Source of the DNA: Lenisia limosa
Lineage: Eukaryota > Protista > Breviatea
Reading direction: 5' to 3'
Assembly (NCBI GenBank): GCA_001655205.1
Contig: LPNZ01007335.1
Coordinates: 4,189-68,188, forward strand
Length of the DNA: 64,000 bases
Shown here: piece after piece, positions 60,409 through 64,000 of the stretch
How positions within the stretch are numbered: position 1 is the first letter of the stretch
Layout of the letters: each line of letters opens with the position of its first letter
The notes under the pieces: generated by a model
The model's input: the letters and a program-made list of their open reading frames with translations, nothing else
Told to the model about the DNA's origin: nothing
Databases searched by the model: none
Program-made: the position numbers and the translations under genes

Positions 60409-63400
60409 TTATTCATCCTTCATTGTTTCGGCTGGAATCTCTGGAGCCTAAAATGGTCAAATTGAATAACAATGGAAACAACTTCATGCTTGCCTCCGCC
60501 TCATACTGAAAAGAGAAAATCAGAAGATGTTGGTGGTTTTGATAAGCGAAGGAAGAGGCGAACAGTATTGGATAAAGATATCACATCACNNNNNNNNNNN
60601 NNNNNNNNNNNNNNNNNNNNNNNNNNNNNNNNNNNNNNNNNNNNNNNNNNNNNNNNNNNNNNNNNNNNNNNNNNNNNNNNNNNNNNNNNNNNNNNNNNNN
60701 NNGTCAAGATAATCGTCGTCATCTATTTACTACTTTTTACTTGAATTTAACTAAGCTTTTAGTCATTATGAAAATCAGAACTGATGTTCTCTTATTTCTG
60801 CTCAATTATGGTTCTTTTTGTCCTTCGACCGAGCCAGTTTTTAGAACTATAACCTGCTTTAAAGAGACAAGTAGAACTCACAGTCTTGGACAATGTACGC
60901 CACAGGATGGGGGGCGAGATTGGGTTTTAGGCTCCTGCCACCGTTGATGCGGAAACCATTCCTATGAGGTTAGATATCTGAAACGTGCCAGTTTTGGAAA
61001 TCAGAAATAGATTCATCAAAGAGGGAATACCTTCCAAAAACAGCAGCAAGCCAGCATTGTTTATCAGCATTGTAGAAGAATTTGACATGCTGGTGCGAAA
61101 TGGTTTTGGACTGAAACAGGTGAGTTTGTAAGCAGGCTCTCACATTTTCGATAAAGAAAAGATTGAGATCTGCTGACGAGCCTCGGCCAATGGTGATTTC
61201 AGGCTTATTGCTCAAGTATAACTGTTCTTCAGTACAGTCGTCGAAGATAGCGCAGCAATGACTGTCGGGGCGTTTTGGTGGATTACTTACACATGATCCA
61301 GCTGAAAAGGGAGATAATAAAAAGAGGAGTAAATAGGAAAACAAGAATTAGGTTATGTTTAGAAGAAAATAAATGGCGGATGGGGGGGGGGGGNNNNNNN
61401 NNNNNNNNNNNNNNNNNNNNNNNNNNNNNNNNGGGTCGGTAACCCTTAGCTGGCTGCATCCAATCGCACGGGGCCTTACGCTTCAAATTCTAAGAAGTGA
61501 CTTAAGTTCTCATTCCAAAAATACAAAGCCGATGCCAATGTCTCACTCACCTCATCCTTTTTCTCTTCCATTGGGACGGTGACACTTTTTGGGATGGGTT
61601 CAGAGGTGGGTGAAGCAGTAGGGGGACTTGAACAGTAAACTCATATTTGAACGTGGATAAAGGCATGTTTTTCAACAGAATATAGCGTGTTGAACTGAGA
61701 ATACCCTTGTTCTGTTTTTCTTAGAAGGGAAGATCAAGAAGACACAATACTCAATGTAATGTTTCTTGGCGGTCTTAATATTAAACATATTTTACAATTA
61801 AATGCACAAATCCAAAATGCAAGTGATATTAAACATCCCTACATAATTGTAGAAGATGGAATCTCAGTGGTGGTTTCAGGCTTTTTTTCTTCATCATCAT
61901 TTGCCCTTTTCTCGTGCAACTCACGCAGCTCTGTACTATTAATGTGTAGAAATGAGATCATGTTTGCTATTGGTGATTCTCAAAATTGGACAATTAATAT
62001 TAAAGGGAGGAAACTGAACAGATATCAGAAGAGAAACAGGCTTTAAAAGGTCAAAGAGCAAACCGATGTTAATTTGCATCAGACGTTGCCATGCCAAAAA
62101 CTAGGAAATAAGTACATCAATACAAAGTGTTCTGTACCTGCGTGAAGAGAGGAGTCATGTACTCCTGCATGGCGGCAGCAGATGTGATATCCATGGGGTC
62201 TGAAGCAAAGTTTGGGATTGAGTTACCCAAGCGTCGCGGCTACAACTTTATAAGAAGGACTACAACCTTTTACCCACCATTGCTTGGGACAGAAGGGCTC
62301 TCTGGACATGCTTCAGACTTTCAGTGGACAGGTTTGAGGTCCGCGGCCGTGATATCTCCGATTTCTTAGAAAGAGGGGGCTGCTGCAATAATGAGAATCA
62401 AGGTTCTTTACATGGAAAAGGCAATTTGAAAAGAAAAAATTTCAAGCAGCCCAGGGTGAAGGTAAAAAAAGACAAAGCCTCTCACAACAGCGTTCTTATG
62501 AACCTCATGAAGAAGGAGGTGTGGGGTTGCTTCGTCAAAAGCGAGTTGAATGGGAACCTAGATAATGAGGAGAAAAGAAAAAATGGAATAGGCTATACTG
62601 TGAGAATTGTACATTAATGAAATGTCTGAGAACTTACTTGGGGGAGAACAGTTGGCAAGGATTTACGGGGTGTCGGTTTGGCTTTTTTGTCGGGCTAAAG
62701 AGATATAATAAAAAGAGAAAACCCAAAACGAAACAAAAATCTTTTTTCAACACCCACCATCATTGCATCAAACTTTTGTTCAGCAAGGCTTTTCTCATAT
62801 TTGGTAAGATGGGGAGATGTTTCGGGGGGTCTGTTCTTCTCACGTTCTAAGAAATCATTGAGGAATAAAATAGAAATCTACAGCCCTCTGCAACCAGCTA
62901 ACCTTGAAAATGTTCCTTTATTTCATCAGGAAGGGTGTATGAAGTTGGGTTCTTATGGTCAACAACATCCAAAAGTGCAGAAAACTCTGTGCGCGGTCTA
63001 TTCAATGGCAAAGGATGCTGAAGATGTCAAAAGCCCCCAATTTTTCTTTAGCCAGAAAGACAGTAACCCACCTCCTTGGCAGCACAGGCTTTACAAAACC
63101 AATCTCCATCAGGAAGAGAACCCAAGGTCCTAGGTATTAAGCAGTAAGACTGGAAATGGAAACCCCAAACCTGAGAGGAGGGTCAACGCAGAAGAAATGA
63201 AAAGATGCAGGGCACTTGTCACAACACACAAGGTCACCTCCTTCTCCACAGGCGTCGCATGTGTCATTGTTCTGCACCTAAAGATGTTTGGTGATAAATG
63301 GGGTAAGGCCGACGTACTTGTTTTCAAATATACATTTCTTTTTGAATTTCACAATAATATCTTTGTTAAACACCAGATATAATACACCGACCTTTCTTGT

Positions 63401-63844
63401 GGTTTGAGGAGAAGGAGGTCTCATCTGCATTTCTTCCAATGCAATGGTGTTGGTACGCTTGTCTCCTCTAAGTATGGTGAGACCAATCAGCAAAATATAA
63501 TTTGGCAAATCTAAGTCAAATGCTGTTGAAGAAGGAACATACCTCTGGTTTGACTTGATCCTTGCCGAAGACCTTGTGTTCTTCGCTCTTCTGGTTTTCT
63601 TCTCTTCATCACTATCATTATCACTAGTACCTTCAGCTGCTACCGTGGCCTCAGGCTTCGGCTTGGCTTCCTCTGCTTGTGTTATACATAGCTTTTTGGC
63701 AACACCTCCCTCATAACCTCTCCTCACCTTTCCTTGGCGTTTCCTCTTTCTTTACTGTGGATGACACTGATGTGTAAGATGTCCATTGTGGATATTACTG
63801 CTGCTTGTAAACATACCTTTGTCAGAGGGGGATACGTCAGCCAT
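60409..63844 (-). CDS. PHF12: PHF12/Rco1-like Sin3-HDAC complex subunit: PHD finger + MRG-binding-like segment + C-terminal FHA
   Basis: [44 protein letters not shown] (PHD), [22 protein letters not shown], and FHA: [39 protein letters not shown]. Both ends and some internal exons are approximate. Confidence 0.8.
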
Positions 63845-64000
63845 GATGGACAATGCCAAGCACTGTCAAGTGCACCTATACAACTCTAATTGCTATTCTT
63901 TTCTTCTCTCTTTGCAGCTTCCCCTACTCAAGGTTCTTTTAATGTTTACTAACTATGGTGCTTTTTTGTTTATTCCTGTTTTTTTTTTTTTTTTTTTTTT

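Overview
Gene-dense, extremely intron-rich eukaryotic DNA, probably from a protist (an amoebozoan is my guess, not verified). It is a draft assembly with 14 N-gaps and uses the standard genetic code. The supplied ORF track is mostly uninformative because genes are cut by many short GT-AG introns (about 29-130 nt). Manual splicing gives 15 protein genes, in order: ArgRS (+, 5' partial), TPI (+), giant STRA6-like membrane protein (-), FET-family RRM/RanBP2-ZnF protein (+), 12-TM class III nucleotide-cyclase-like pseudoenzyme (-), MacroD (+), long coiled-coil protein (+), RS-rich unknown (-), bacterial-type phosphohexomutase (+), CPSF2 (-), NGDN/Lcp5 (+), MPP6 (+), BC-box/ankyrin/tandem-BRCT protein (-), ALDH12-type P5CDH (+), SNF5 (-) and PHF12-like (-). 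No tRNA, rRNA, CRISPR or autonomous transposon was found. The strongest novelty candidates are: (1) a ~10.7-kb gene joining an N-terminal anchor and a huge repeat-built ectodomain to a STRA6-type membrane module that keeps the calmodulin-binding motif; (2) a cyclase-like protein in which both catalytic domains have lost their catalytic residues; (3) an unusual E3-adaptor/ankyrin/BRCT architecture; (4) an intron-colonised bacterial-type mutase. All exon structures were reconstructed by eye, and gene ends are approximate where stated.
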